From Sphyrna mokarran (lineage: Eukaryota): DNA of 64,000 bases. The DNA is taken from contig JAGIQG010000001.1 in assembly GCA_024679065.1 (NCBI GenBank), positions 115,816,001 through 115,880,000 of the forward strand. The letters run 5' to 3'. Shown here in pieces: positions 1 through 12,949 of this stretch. Both the position numbers and the translations under genes were made by a program. Below the pieces are notes generated by a model, which ran no database searches, was not told where the DNA came from, and saw only the letters and a list, made by a program, of their open reading frames with translations. Position 1 is the stretch's first letter. Every line of letters begins with the position of its first letter.

Positions 1-980
1 GTACAGGACATGTTAATGCAAGGAAAGTGAGGGAGAGAGATAGAGGGAGAGGAAAGGGAGGGGGCAAAGTTGGCCAATGGCACTTCACACCATTTGAAGG
101 GCTGGCTGATGAGTTGGAGGATCAGGACTTCACTTGCAGACGGTGAGGCAAGCGTCCCAGCCTCAATCTAATAGTGAACCATGCTTTCTATTATGATATA
201 GAAACCTAAAGGTCATGCTTAGTGCCATGTTGGAGGCAGCTCTGCAGTCACACATTCTCTCCTCTTTTGAGCACAGGTGCCCGCAAGAAGAGGGTGAGAT
301 CTGACTCCAGAACTGAGTCCAGCTCCAGCCCGCAGAGGGCAGAGCAGAATGAGGACAACAAAGTCATTGCACCTGTAGAATAGTCACCGCAATCACTTGG
401 GCTTTCACCAGCTCAAAGACACATACCTCAGTGGGGATGAAATCTAGTTCAAGCAGGGTTACCAACTCAGAGACCCATATCTCAGTAGGGATGAGATCTA
501 GTTCAGGCAAGGTCTCAAAATGCAATGGTCACTTCTTGACACGTGTCCATAGCAGAGGAGGCTGGGAAGCAAAGATCACCAGTATTTGCAGGACTGCTGG
601 TGAAGCAACGTCAGCTAAATTTAAATCTTCCTGAGTATCAGGAAGTGATCCTAAACAAGATGTCAGAGGTGCAGCAAGAAGCAGGGGAACATCAAGCAGA
701 GGTGTCGTAACAGAATGGGATCTTAGGCACACAGGAATCCATCTGCTTATTGGTAACTGTGCACATTGAGGGCTCCATGGAAGGATGGAAAACGCCATAG
801 AGAACCCAGTCCAGCAGAACAGCCACTTCCTGCTAGGGATAACTGTAGACCTGCACTTCATCATTGTAGCCACAAGTGAGTTTTTCCAGTGATGACAAGA
901 AGCAGGATCAGGATATTCTGAACTCCCTCCAAGTATCCCGTTCCATCAAAAAGTCAGGGAAGGGCCCTCAGCCACCCTAA
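1..980 (+). mobile_element. Decayed PIF/Harbinger Myb/SANT-like ORF remnant (3' part)
   Basis: Begins tacag|gacatg like the acceptor at 45031-45044, followed by an ER-rich/GGG..FTPFE..DGE-like stretch resembling 37748-37910. Many stops and frameshifts. Confidence 0.45.
407..514 (+). repeat. 54-bp tandem duplication (2 copies)
   Basis: accagctcaaagacacatacctcagtggggatgaaatctagttcaagcagggtt / accaactcagagacccatatctcagtagggatgagatctagttcaggcaaggtc. Confidence 0.9.
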
Positions 981-1089
981 AGTCTACTTAAAAACTTTAT
1001 ACCACCCATTTCACCAATCACTATTGATCACCCTGTGTCTTTGTCAACTTCCCCAGTCACCAAACCACTTCATTACTCTTTATTCATTA

Positions 1090-1245
1090 CAGTGAATGCC
1101 CAGTGCATCTTGCAGATGGTATTCACTGCTGTCATTCTTCATTAGGGCTGGAGGTTTGTGGAACGGGTAGCAATCAAGTGGGCTGCTTTGTCCTGGATGG
1201 TTTTGAGTTCTTGAGTATTGTTGGAGTTACCTTCATTTCATGACA
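1090..1245 (-). mobile_element. CR1-group LINE fragment (same family as 58535-59408)
   Basis: caatcaagtgggctgctttgtcctggatgg...ttcttgagtattgttggag is the reverse complement of 58905-58965 (TTFKKLDTIQHKASHLIG). Confidence 0.75.
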
Positions 1246-1341
1246 TCAGAGAAGCAATTTGCAGCTCCCAACATATTATCTGCCCCACCTAGCACAAACC
1301 ACTACCCCCACTCCGTAATGGTGGGACTGGAAAATTACAGC

Positions 1342-2020
1342 TCGAGTCAGAAGGTTGTGGCTTCAATTCCTGCTTTACAATAGACTACAAAAATTAGACT
1401 GACAAAGTGCAGTACTGAGGGACTGCTTAAGTGCCAGCAGTGTGATCTTTCAGATGTGATGCAAAACAAATGTTCTTTCTACACTCACAGGTGGATGTAA
1501 AAAGATTCCAAGGCGCTGTTTTGAAGATTTGAAATGGAGTTCTCTCCATTAGAATGACCAATAGCTGTCCTTCAATCAACTAAAATAGATTATCTGTTCA
1601 TTATCGCCTTGCTGTTTGTGGAAGTTTGCTGTGTGGAAATAGCTGACAGCAACAATGAGCAGAAATTAATACCTGAAAATGCTACAGCCCCCTGCGGCTA
1701 AGTTCTCCCATCGGCATTGCTGATTCAGGAAAGCGTATAGATCTAGAGTCCCTACAGTGCAGAAGGAGGCCATTCAGCACATTGGCTCTTTAAGGCAGAA
1801 TATCTGTTGAAAAATAAATACCTAATCGAGATTTAACTCCATCAGGCCTACTGAAAATTGCCCTGACGTGGCTGTCCCTGGTTTTCCAGCTGCTGGATGG
1901 GCTCCTGCCAGAGGCACTAAATTCTACCCAACGTCTGCACTCCAAATACTTAATTAGTTAGAAAATGCTTTGGGATTTTCTGATGTTCTGAATGCACCAG
2001 ACAAATGCAATTATTTCTCT
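1342..2020 (+). mobile_element. Deu-domain tRNA-derived SINE (SacSINE1-like), interrupted
   Basis: gagtcagaaggttgtggcttcaattcc head; gtgcagtactgaggga...caggtggatgtaaaaagattcca...ttgctgtttgtggaagtttgctgtg body to about 1650; tail resumes at about 1945. Confidence 0.7.
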
Positions 2021-2127
2021 CATATAATGTTTTTGTTGCTGCAAACCTTTCAAAAAGGAGTGTCGTAATAATATTTACTGCATCAAAATTAGATTTAAAT
2101 CACGGAATATGTAACAAGTAGCCTAAG

Positions 2128-2493
2128 TCATAGAATCATAAAATCCTTACTGTGCAGAAGAGGCCATTTGGCCCATCGAATCTTCTCCAACTCTCTTACA
2201 GAGCAACTTAAACAGGGCCTCTTCCCCACCCTATCTCATAACTCCACACATTTCCAATGGCTAATTCATCTAAGCTATTCACTAGGGAGTCTAGGAGGCA
2301 ATTCACCTTGGCTAATTTACCTAACATGCACATCTTTGGACTGTGGGAGGAAACCGGAGCACCTGGAGGAAACACACACAGACACAGGGAGAATGTGTAA
2401 ACTTCACATAGATAATAGCCCGAGGCTGGAATTGAACCCGGGTCCCTGGAGCTTTGAGGCAGCAGAGCTAACCACAGTGCCACCATGCTGCCC
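2128..2493 (-). mobile_element. HE1-like V-SINE, tail type A (CR1-type)
   Basis: Reverse strand has the tRNA-like head (ggcagcatggtggcactgtggttagc, B box gggttcaattcc), the V-domain tttcctcc..gtgctccggtttcctcccacagtccaaagatgtg and a (ttctatga)n tail. Confidence 0.92.
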
Positions 2494-3270
2494 CTCAGAG
2501 CTCAGATTGGGAAATAACTGCAAAGGGCACACTCCATCCATCAGCCAGAATTATGCTGTTCTACATTTGGAGCAGGAGAGGAAGCTTTTGAGGCATTTCC
2601 TAACTTTTGACTTCAACAACTTGCATCAGTGATAATGAACTTTGGCTAAGTCGGTGACCCTGCTAATATCCACAGTGGGTGCAAACCTCTTAATTTTCCA
2701 CTAATTTTGTCTCCAGCTGTACAATAATTGATGACCGCAGTTGTTCAAAAAAGGACTACAGTGCTGCTCCACATAATTATAGTAATTCAACAGAAGCCCA
2801 TTTGTTTTAACTGACAAGATTTTGGCTGCATAATAATACTTTGTAATCTTTTGTTATCGTTTTAATGTGCTTTCCTGTTTTTAATTTCTATTTTGTTTGT
2901 CCTTCTTCTGTTTTTAATACCCGAGGAAAAGTATCAATGTAACGAGTTACCACATTCACCAAGAGTCGGCTAACATCCATTGTCTATATTTCTTTCAACA
3001 ATATTCTCACTTTCATGAAAGATAAATGATGACTGCCATTGTTTACTAATTTTATGTGAAGTCTGATACTTCCTGTAAGGTGCTGGTGAACCACAGGCAA
3101 CCAGCACATGAACCCTGGAATTTTATCTGTCACAAAAAGCAGCAGGAAATGTCATAATTATTCAATATCATCTATCCCATGCTTCCAATCTTCCCTCTTC
3201 TTTGTTTTGGACCCCCTTTTCCTTTTTAAGATGCTTCTGATCTGATTCTTGGGCAGTTTTTTTTTCCTCA

Positions 3271-3342
3271 TTGGTTAACACTGCTGCCTTACAGTGCCAG
3301 AAACCTGAGTTTGATTCCTGGCTTGGCACACTGTCTGTGGGG
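3271..3342 (+). mobile_element. V-SINE 5' head fragment
   Basis: tggttaacactgctgccttacagtgccagaaacctgagtttgattcctggcttggcacactgtctgtg. Confidence 0.8.
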
Positions 3343-4464
3343 AACAGGAGCGGAGACGGGAGCAAGGGGTTGTTGGGAGACGGTGAATGGGAAGCAGGAA
3401 AAAGTAATGATCATCAGCTCTTGCTGTGAAATTCAACAAGAACTGATTGAAATTCATTCTTTTGGTTTGCCTGACTCAAACAGCCCCGAGCTCCCTCACT
3501 GCCTCCAAGTTAATTACAGAACCTTTACATTCTCCTTCTGTTGTACTGTGTTAACATCATCATCTATCACTCCCGTCAAAACATGTTTGATACAAATCCC
3601 CAGTATTAAAAAAAAATGATTGGTTACAACTTGTTCTTTGTTCCCCTGCTAGCTTTGCTAGTTTATCCAGTGAGTGACTAAACATAAATCCAGCATACTC
3701 TTTGTACCATAATTGATAAAAGCTGAGCCAAATGCTTTTTCTGAAGGATGGTTTGGGACAGGTAGGGGCACAGCCAGAAGTGGAACCTCAATGAGAGTCC
3801 CAGATCACAATGAAATGACTAAGATGGTCTCCTTCCTAAAACGTGTCTGGACAAGGTAGGACTGGAGATTTGCTCTGCAGCTTTGGGATGCTGGAGATCA
3901 CAGAGGATGGCCCTCGGCAGGAAGTTAGTGATAGACAAAGCTTTCAATGCCTATGTAGAACAAGGCTGGATCTGCAATCCTGCCTTTCCTGGTGCACAAA
4001 GATTTCTCATAGGAGTAACATTGCAAAACTTATCTTGATTTCCTTTGGCCTGTAGTTTCTTCCTTGTGCCTTCTGCTGTTGGATTCAATACTCCCCAATG
4101 TATCATTCAGATCACAATGCTGCACTGTTAATGTGATCAGGCTATAAAATTTCCATTTGAATTTGCCCCTCAATTGCCTGCAGTGGGAGCTTCAACTGAC
4201 TCCAAAGTCAACCATGAAGAAGGGGCACCAGCCAGAACAAGTTGGTTTTAGTTAGGAAATGATAGGAAATGGACTCGGCCTGATGTTAACCACTTCTATT
4301 CACTATTTTCACTTGAGTACAAATTGAGGTCAGAGTGTTACTGTGTAATTAATTTTCTTCATCATTAAAAAAGAAAGGACTTGCACTTATATAGCACAGT
4401 TCACCAGCACCTTCTTCCCTTCAGATACCATGCCCTTGAAGTGCATTAGCATCCATCAACATGC

Positions 4465-4712
4465 TGGGGAGTAGGTACAGAGGAGATATCAGGGGTAATG
4501 CTTTCACTCAGAGAGCGTGGATGAGTGGAAGTGGCTGCCATCGGTGGTGGTGGAAGCAAATTTGATAGGGTCTTTTAAGAGACTTCTGGATGAACACATG
4601 GGACTTGATAGGATTGCGGGTTATAGTCTAGTAGGCAGAGATAAGATCGGCACAACTTGTGGGCCAAAGGGTCTGTTTGTGCTGGAGTGATTCTATGATT
4701 CTATGATTCTAT
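4465..4712 (+). mobile_element. CR1 LINE 3' end
   Basis: ttcactcagagagcgtgg..tggaa..ggctgcca..ggtggtgg ORF2 end; gggccaaaggg..tgtgctg and (ttctatga)3 tail. Confidence 0.85.
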
Positions 4713-5059
4713 AACTTTCACTGGATTGATCAAATGATTATGTTTAGCAAATTACTGTGGTGATTTGCTGTTGTCACAGCTACCAGACACCTCGAAGTGC
4801 TCCACAAACAATGGAAGATTTTTTTTGCAAAAGTTATAATGTAAGAAATGCAGCAACCAACTTACATTACATCGCCCACAAACAGTAATGTGACAGTTAC
4901 CAGATAATCTGCTCGTGATGTTTTTTGAAGGGTAATTATTGCCATCAAGACAGAATGTAAAACTCCCCCACTATTCTTCAAAATAGTGCAACGGGATCTT
5001 ATATATTCACCCAAACAGGCAGACAAGGCATTGGTTTAATATTTTTTGTGAAAGAAAAT

Positions 5060-5195
5060 GGCTTGGAATTCTCTGGCTGTTTATACCCCAGTACCACTGC
5101 CAGCAAGAGTGGAGAATATGACCCTCAGCCAAATCTCCATTCATACAGCAGGATTGGAGAATCCCAGCGGTGGGTGAGGTTGGAGAATTCCAGCC
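5060..5195. mobile_element. MITE with terminal inverted repeats (Harbinger-type)
   Basis: Ends ggcttggaattctc ... gagaattccagcc; interrupts the Deu-SINE. Confidence 0.7.
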
Positions 5196-5859
5196 AGTAT
5201 CTCTGCCTGTGCAGTGTTTCCTTAGTATTTCACTAGAAATTCAGCCTGGATTTTTGTTTTTAGCCCTAGTATGGGGCTTGAACCCAGAACCTTATGACTT
5301 AAGAGCAAGCACGTTCATTTATGGTGCTGTTTTGATCAAATGCACAGACTACATTGCTACTGATTTTTTACTTGTGTTTATGAAATTCGAAGCCCAGATC
5401 TTTTGGGTCCACTTGCCTTTGGATTTCTAACCCCACTGTAAGTCAATGAGTTTTTGGCTGGCGCAAAGCATTCCCATGCGGTGAGCCTGGCCCAAGTCTT
5501 CCATTCAAATAAACTTTTAGTTTATACAGAAAGACATGCTTTTCAAAAAAAAATCAGCGATATCATACACATTCACTTCATCCTTCCTTTGACATCGCAG
5601 TTTATTACTGAATTTCTTTATTTCCCCAGGTGACAGTTTGGACAATGGCTTCTGTGCAGACACTAAGAACAGAGACCATTTTGCTGAGTAACAACAGCTC
5701 TATTTCCTCATGCTGCAATCTAAAAAAAATCCTCCATAAATATCATCTAGTAGCCATGGACACATAATTGAGATATAGAGATGAATGTGAGTATGACTGA
5801 GGAAAATGAGTGTCCTGAAGAGCATACTGAGAGGAAAAAAAAACACTGAGAAAGAAACT

Positions 5860-6095
5860 AAACAGAGGGCTACAGTATTAAAACACAATTGGAGTAGGAG
5901 CTGGCTATTCAGTTTCTTGATAAGATTATGGTACATCTCCATCAACTTCAATTTCTCACCATATCCTCATATCCTTTGAGTGTCCAAAAGTCTATTGATA
6001 TCAGTCTTAAATATACTCAAAAACTTTGCAGCTCTGAGATAGAGAATTCCAAAATATTCACAACTCTTTGAGTGAAGAATGCAATTTCATCTTGA
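5860..6095 (-). mobile_element. CR1 LINE 3' end, degraded
   Basis: ggagtaggagctggctattcag..ataagattatgg..agagaattccaaa..ttcacaactctttgagtgaagaa. Confidence 0.7.
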
Positions 6096-6360
6096 CAAGG
6101 CCTAAAAACTTGATCCTCCAAACCTGCTTCAAATTTTAAGCTCCTTTGGTCCAACCACAACTCCTAACCTTCATCTTTATATTAGCCATTCTCCTTTATA
6201 CCATTGGTCATGTATTGCACTTCTTGTCTGGCTTGCCAGACTTTGCAAGCCAGTGCACTGCAGGGTTGCAGGATCCACGTTTTCTCATTACTTTAACTGA
6301 GATAACAACAAAGACATAGTTGTAATGTTAATCAGCTGCTGTATCTACTTGTGTACTGAT

Positions 6361-6673
6361 TCATAGAATCAGAGAATCCCTACAGTACAGGAGAGGCCAT
6401 TTGGCCCATCAAATCTGCACTGACCCTCCAAAAGATTACCTTACCTAGGCCCAATTCCCCACCCTATCCTCATAACCCTACATATTGATCATGACCAATC
6501 CACTTAACATTCAAATCTTGGACACTAGGGGTCAATGTGACATGGCCAATCCACCTAATCTGCACATCTTTGGACTGTGAGAGGAAACTGGTGCAGACAC
6601 AGATGGTCACCCAAGGACGGATCATACCCGAGCCCCTGATGCAGTGAGGCAGCAATGGTAACCTCTGTACCAC
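6361..6673 (-). mobile_element. HE1-like V-SINE, tail A
   Basis: tcatagaatc..ccctacagtacaggagaggccatttggcccatc..cacatctttggactgtgagaggaaac..gtgaggcagca. Confidence 0.9.
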
Positions 6674-8553
6674 TCGCTTGATCTAGAAAGATACCAAGAC
6701 CAAAACCATGATCCCATCAATATTGTGATCTCTTCCCCTTTGAATCAAACACTAGCTTACTGACCTCTCTCATGTTCCACTGTTACTCACCTCACCCTCT
6801 CCACCCACTCTCCCTCATCTCTGAAACGTGAGTATCACAAGGCAGAAGGCATCAACATTGAAACAAATAAGAATAAAGAACGAAATATCTGATTGGTCTT
6901 GCTTTTTTATTTGTGTATTTCTCCTTGACTTTTTTCTCTATTCCACTGTTGTTAAAAATTAGAATCTCAGATTAAGACTTACATTCAGTGGGAATGGAAA
7001 TGATAGTGGTGAATCCTTAATTAAAACCAATTGAAATAAACATTGGACGAGTGTACAATTGATGGTCAATTCACTTCTTCCCACTTTGAATCCAAGCCAA
7101 ATGTGAATTTTACCTCTTCCGTCTCAAGGAAACATCAACATCAAGTGAGTAATTGAGTGAGTGAGCATTAAGAAATTGGGGCTGAGCCAGACAAACAGAC
7201 TGCCCCTCTCACATTCTAAGGATGATCTTAATAAATTACTTTCTTTAAAAAATTCTCAATTTATTACTTTAACATTTTTTTCCCCAGCAAGTTATTTCTT
7301 TACTTTTGAAATTATAATGTCATTCCTGTCATATGTTTGGTGGTGAGAGCAATTTAATTTGGGAGTTGGGGGGTGGTGCGTGAGAATACAGTTACATTCC
7401 CACCTTGCCTGATAATATCCAGGTTGGTAAGGCCTTCCTGCCCCATCACCAACTGTGGTCCTTAAGTCAGCAATTAATGTCACTTCACCCAGCAGCAGAT
7501 GAGAGATTTAAATGTGGAAGCACCTATCAGGATTTCTTCAAGGTTCCCAGTAGAATGTTCTCTCATTCTAATTCATGCCTAATCAGGAAAATGGCATTAA
7601 GGAGGTGGGGAACAGTGTGCTAAGTGTCACCCTTTTATCTTTACAGCAAATCCCCTCTTCTTCATCCCCTGCAACAATTATCTTGCAATGCCTCTCCCGT
7701 CATCACTCACCTATGCCTGGGTCTTTTCAACGAAGCTGCGCCTTGATGGGTGCAGAACTAGCAGCAGCCACCACCTGTCCGTGGCGCTGCCGAGCAACAA
7801 AGCAAGGCCGGCCTCCTGTTGGCCAACAGCTCTTGTTGGGCAAGGCTTTCACCCCGAGTCCTTGATTTTGCCGAGCTGTGGCCTTCCCAAAGTGATGACA
7901 CAGGTTTCTTGCTGGTTCTCTAGCCAACAGGCAAGGTCTCATTTACCTATATTATACACCCACAATATGGTTCATTTTACCATTGAAAAGAGATATTATC
8001 CACTTATAGGTGAAATTGGCACTGCAGGTATTTCCACAGACTTTAACTGAAACATCAATGCCATGTATTCATTTTAATAAATAAGATGGGCTGTACAAAA
8101 ATTTCATTATAGAGCAACATGATAGATTTAACAACCCAACATCGTTAGTTTGTCATTTGTTCTCTCTGTGTCACATAATAGTGACAATCTGTATTTATAG
8201 TTCCCTTAACATAAAATAGTCTTAATCTCCAGGGAACACCAATATTAACTCTGATGAAACTAATATTTTTCAGCAAAGCAGATGTTAAGTTTTTGTATTT
8301 CTTTAGTGAGTGTAAGTGGATGGCAGCTGGGTTTCCCAATTCAAAAGGATCCAAAAATTATTGCTGGCCTTGAAAAAGTGATTAAAATTACATGTATGTT
8401 TTTTTAAACAAAGAATTACATAGAATGTACAGCACAGTAACAGACCAATCAGCTTAATGTGTTTATATATCACATAATCCTCCAACCACCTCTCGCATCT
8501 AAACAAAACACCATAATGACTTAATAATAATCAGATAAAAATATAATAAGAGT

Positions 8554-8795
8554 AATCATAGAATTCCTATAGTGCAGGAGGAGGCCATTCAGCCCATCAA
8601 ACCTGCATTGACAACAATCCCACCTAGGTCCCATCTCCATAACGTTATGTATTTAACCTGCTAGTCCTCTGATACTAAGGGGAAATTTAGCACAGCCCAT
8701 CAACCTAACTTCCATATCTTTGGACTGTCGGAGAAAACTGGAGCACCTGGAGGAAACCCATGCAGACATAAGAAGAACATGCAAACTCCACACAG
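8554..8795 (-). mobile_element. HE1-like V-SINE, tail A, head missing
   Basis: Same tail and V-domain; homology ends at gcaaactccacacag. Confidence 0.88.
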
Positions 8796-9328
8796 TTAAA
8801 TCTTACAGTAAAAGTCCTCCCCCCCAAGTTAACCTTCCTCATGAACAGAGCACATTTCAAAAACAAAGTATTAGTCAATGAAACACACTCGCGCAGCTCA
8901 AACAAAAAATAAAAATCTGGCCTCAATGTCATGTTGCTTCTCAAGTTATTTTAACAAATAAAAAAAACACTCATGTCTGAAAGAGGGAAGAAATAAAAGG
9001 CTAAACATCAGGAACAAGGAGAGATGCAGAGGGCAACTCAATGAGCAATGAAATAGTGGAATATAAATGCATGCTCACAATTCTCAGGTCCTGAGTTAGT
9101 GATCTCAGTCAACCTGCTGCGGGTGGGTTATGATGCACTAGCCTTCCCCACAGAGAAAGAGTTAAGCTGTCAGCTTCAGAGTTGTGTTGGTTGTGGCCTC
9201 AGCATCGTCTGTTTTATCATTGCAGTTGTCGACATTGCACAAGATAGTAAAAACATCAGAAAGGAGAAAGGCAAACCATAATATAGAATATAGAAACTTC
9301 ATAAAAACACCACACAAGTTTTTATTTC

Positions 9329-9629
9329 AAATCACAGGAACCCTACAGTGCAGAAGGCCTTTTGGTCCATCGAGCCTGCTCCGATGCCAATTCCAGTTAC
9401 CCCATATATTTACTCTATTTATTCCCCTGACACTTAAGGAGAAATTTATTATGGTCAATCGACCTAACCTGCACATCTTTGGACTATGGGAGGAAAGCAG
9501 AGCACCTGGAGGAAACCCGTGCAGACACAGGGAGAACGTGCAAACTCCACAAATACAGTCAGCAAAAGCTGAAATTGAACCCGGGTCCCTCGCACTTTGA
9601 GGCAGCAGTGCTAACCACTGTGGCATCCC
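9329..9629 (-). mobile_element. HE1-like V-SINE, tail A
   Basis: Near full-length match to 2128-2493. Confidence 0.9.
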
Positions 9630-10439
9630 AATGTTTCAATGCAAAAATGGATGAGAGTAATGAAAGAGAGGCTACCGGAAAACAATGCAATCTGACTTTA
9701 TTGCAATTTTACTGCATCTAGGACTCCCATCTACAACTTAAGCTGTATTAATGAAAATTACCCAGGGAAAACTAGTTAAGGACAGTTCATGCTTACTTTA
9801 GGTCAATCTGGGCAAGTTGTACAGATTTGCAAAGGATGAAAAGTGAACTTTGTTACTTGGTCCCTAATGGCCTGCAAGTAAAACTTTGCAGCACGAGTGG
9901 ACCGTAAAGGCCCACATTGTACCTTGAACTCATAAGCTCAAGGGCTTTCTCAAGACATGAGGGACCTTACAACAATCAACTGCTATGCTGTATACTCCTG
10001 TACTGAGGAGGAAGCTCAAATCCTGTTGAGCTACACATCCATTTACATACATTTCAGCAGCAAACACCGGCAGTAAAAGGCAGCTGTAGCTTTATCTCTT
10101 CCCGTATACAAATAACCGAATATACATTCTTTATTTGTGTACCCACAGCTAATGCTGATCCTTCATCGATTGCAAGTTCATTTTATTTCTCAAAAGTAGC
10201 ATCAATCAACACACTTGTTCTCTAGTCAGTGAAATGGATTTCTGTCACTGCCTACTAGGTCATCTTTTCAAATACCTCGGTGTCTCTACAGTAAGAGTAA
10301 CAAAAGATTTCTCATTTATGTTAAGTTCCAGTTCAGCTATTTGAAAATACAGAAGGTGCATTCTGTTTGGCCTCGACTTTTGTTGTCATAACAGATTCAT
10401 TGCAACGACAGCCATCCCTGCCATTTTGACTTGGACCCA

Positions 10440-10865
10440 TGAAGAATATAAAGGAAAGTAACAAAAAGAGGGAAATATGATCCATGGAAATAAACATGAA
10501 TGGGAGTGAAATTAAGAAACCAAATAAATTCAAGTGAACAATGAAATACAAAGAATTCAGCAAGGGGAGGGGGGTGAAAGAAGAGCACAGAAAAAACAAA
10601 CAGGAAATTAGGGGATACGGGAAAGTAAAAGATCAAAGTAAAGGAGATCAAAATTAGGCGCAGAAGAAAAAGACAGGCAGTGAGAGGTTCTAATACGGAA
10701 GGCAAGCAAGAGCTGGAAACTGAGGAGAAGTAACCATAAAACAAGGAACATAAAGAGAAAACCACAAAAGAAACAGGCACACGGAAATGTAGCAAGCAAA
10801 ACAAATGAAACAAAAAAAATCACAAAAAGTCTCAAGACATGGAGGATAACAAATACAAAAGCACT
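10440..10865. repeat. Purine/A-rich low-complexity tract
   Basis: Strong A+G skew over about 420 bp; produces the F/L/S-rich minus-strand ORFs. Confidence 0.7.
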
Positions 10866-11810
10866 TGGTCAAATCGCAACCATAAGATGGCTGCTTCTTT
10901 TATATATGTGCAACCTAATCATCAGCTGTACGTTACTTAAATCATTTTGTTTTAAATACAAAAGTCACGAAAGGTATATTTCTTATCTGACAACAGACTG
11001 CACACCACACAGGAAAGCTATATGACACTGTTGTTGTTACATCACTGAAGGTATCTCATTACCTGCAAGCTTTCTGTGATAAGTCAGACTGCTCCATAAA
11101 ACAAAGATGTTTCAATTCCGCGTGCAAAATGCAATAGCAGCAACCCAATGACACAAGTCTCTTTGGCTGGATTTATTGCCCTGCAAGCCCAATTATTCAT
11201 TGCAACTTGGTTATTATTAGCTTGCTACAGTAGTTCAGTGGCAGCGTTAGAGTGATCCCTAAGCCCACTGCATCTGAAGAAACAATTTTCAGTGATACTG
11301 GCACAGCTCGAGTGGCAGAGTGGGAGTAATGGAGAAAAGTCAGAGTACTGAGAATGCACCTACATTGCCGATTACTTGACAGAAACGTAAAAGTTTATAT
11401 GATTAGTGAGGCACAATCAAAGTAAATGACCTTTAGAAATTAAAGGAGCAGTTATGATGTTGTGAACAATTTCAAGTATTAGGAATACCTATTAGAAATT
11501 CGGGCACCGAAGTCAGTGGACTCTGTAAAATTTTCCATCCTCTAATCTGATAGTTTGAATTCCTGATAGCACTCCCACAAAGTTTCATGCTGGAAATGAA
11601 ATCATAAAATCTATTCTTTAGTGTTTACTCAGACTTTTTCAAAGTGATTTTTGGTATTTGATGGTTCGAGCTGGGATTCGCACAGGAATTCATATTTTGA
11701 CAAAATATTTTAGTCAATACTGAAGACTCATTTATCACCAAATTCTTTTCTCCATTGTCTCACACAAATTGTCTTATTGAAACAGTGAAGTTAAGATATT
11801 AAGAAACAGC

Positions 11811-12084
11811 AGTTATGTCATCGTGGTAAAATGGCCCTTTTCAGGGCCACATGATCGGACTAGAGCCTATGAAGATGCTACGTGGGAAGCTAGACCAATC
11901 AGGAGCAAGGGTGAATATCCTGAGATGGGGAACAACCTCAACTGGAATGAGGGAGGGAAAAATGGTAGATTTTCATATCAGTTCTGTCAGACCCTTATCT
12001 TGTATACATGTCACATTGATAGTAAGTTGTACATTCCTGAAGCCTCAATGAGACGCTTCTGATTTTACTACACTGGCTATAAGG
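11811..12084 (+). mobile_element. Possible LTR plus degenerate primer-binding site
   Basis: Starts agttatg, contains ccaat, ends ..ctaca followed by ctggctataagga (similar to the ctggcgacgagga seen after fish Gypsy LTRs). Lies upstream of the Gypsy pol remnant. Confidence 0.35.
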
Positions 12085-12949
12085 ATGGGATAGTGTAGTA
12101 AAGCCATAGACGACTCAATGTGGCTACAACAGTGACTGAACTAATACGTAATAACAACAGCCATTAATACACAGAAGTCTATTCTGTTTTCCTCTCTGGC
12201 TTCAACTGAGGTTTCTCTCCACCCCAGGATATAAGCTTTCTTCCAACTGATTCGGTTCCCATGCAGCTTCTCCATAGATCTGGTCCGAGCACATGATCTT
12301 CAAAGGATTGCTCCCTTAAATAGGCCACATTATCACAGGCATAATATTCCAACACAAAAACACTGAAATTATTTCCAGAGATTTCTTTTTAAGAAACAGA
12401 AAATGTCTGCAAAATACTAATAGGATTGTTTTTTAAGTTACATCCTCTTCCTTGCTGATAAGGATTCTCCATGGGTGTGCCTTTGCAAGTAATTCAAAAT
12501 GATTTCACCCATGTGACAATAAAAATGCAATATTAAGATAAAATATTGAAAGTTAGCAGATTGTTTGACCTTCAGCCAAGCATAATTATTTTTACATCCT
12601 GCAGGGTGTACTGGATAACAGTCAAAAGTTGGAATTTTCTGTTTCTAATCTAATCATACCGAGGCTACATTGCAGATATTTCACTGCCCTAAATTATACC
12701 AGCTAATTCAATGTAGCCTCATGCAAAAGAACTGGCAGTAGTGAATGATCTTGCCTTGCCTCCCTTTGCACAATGCTAAAAGTTAAAGACGATCTTAACG
12801 GCTTTCTTACTCTGTATAACTAAATAATATACACAACAACAACAACAGAGGCAAAGGTGTAAGGATACATAAAACATGTGCTAGTTCAAGAAAAGACCAA
12901 GGCCAGTACCTAGCCACACTTTGCAGAAAAACCCAAAACCAGGGACAAT

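Larger units (their letters stand above)
4370..5310 (-). mobile_element. Deu-domain SINE split by younger insertions
   Basis: Tail 4370-4405 (gaaaggacttgcacttatatagcac), body 4780-5055, head 5196-5310 (ggggcttgaacccagaacctt). Homologous to 1342-1650. Confidence 0.7.

Noticed and set aside
2168-2632. 154-aa ORF and similar ones (9184, 14057, 33069, 57174) with CGRKPEHLEETH-type peptides
   Set aside because: Translations of V-SINE sequence, not genes.
5610-5700. Strong acceptor-like site tttctttatttccccag|gtgacag
   Set aside because: No convincing donor and no recognisable peptide; cannot support an exon.
9075-9200. Possible LF-SINE-like ancient repeat (also about 41790-42050 and 54900-55050)
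   Set aside because: Similarity too short and degenerate to call without an HMM search.
10333-10872. Hydrophobic minus-strand ORFs resembling membrane proteins
   Set aside because: Artefact of the T/C-rich low-complexity strand.
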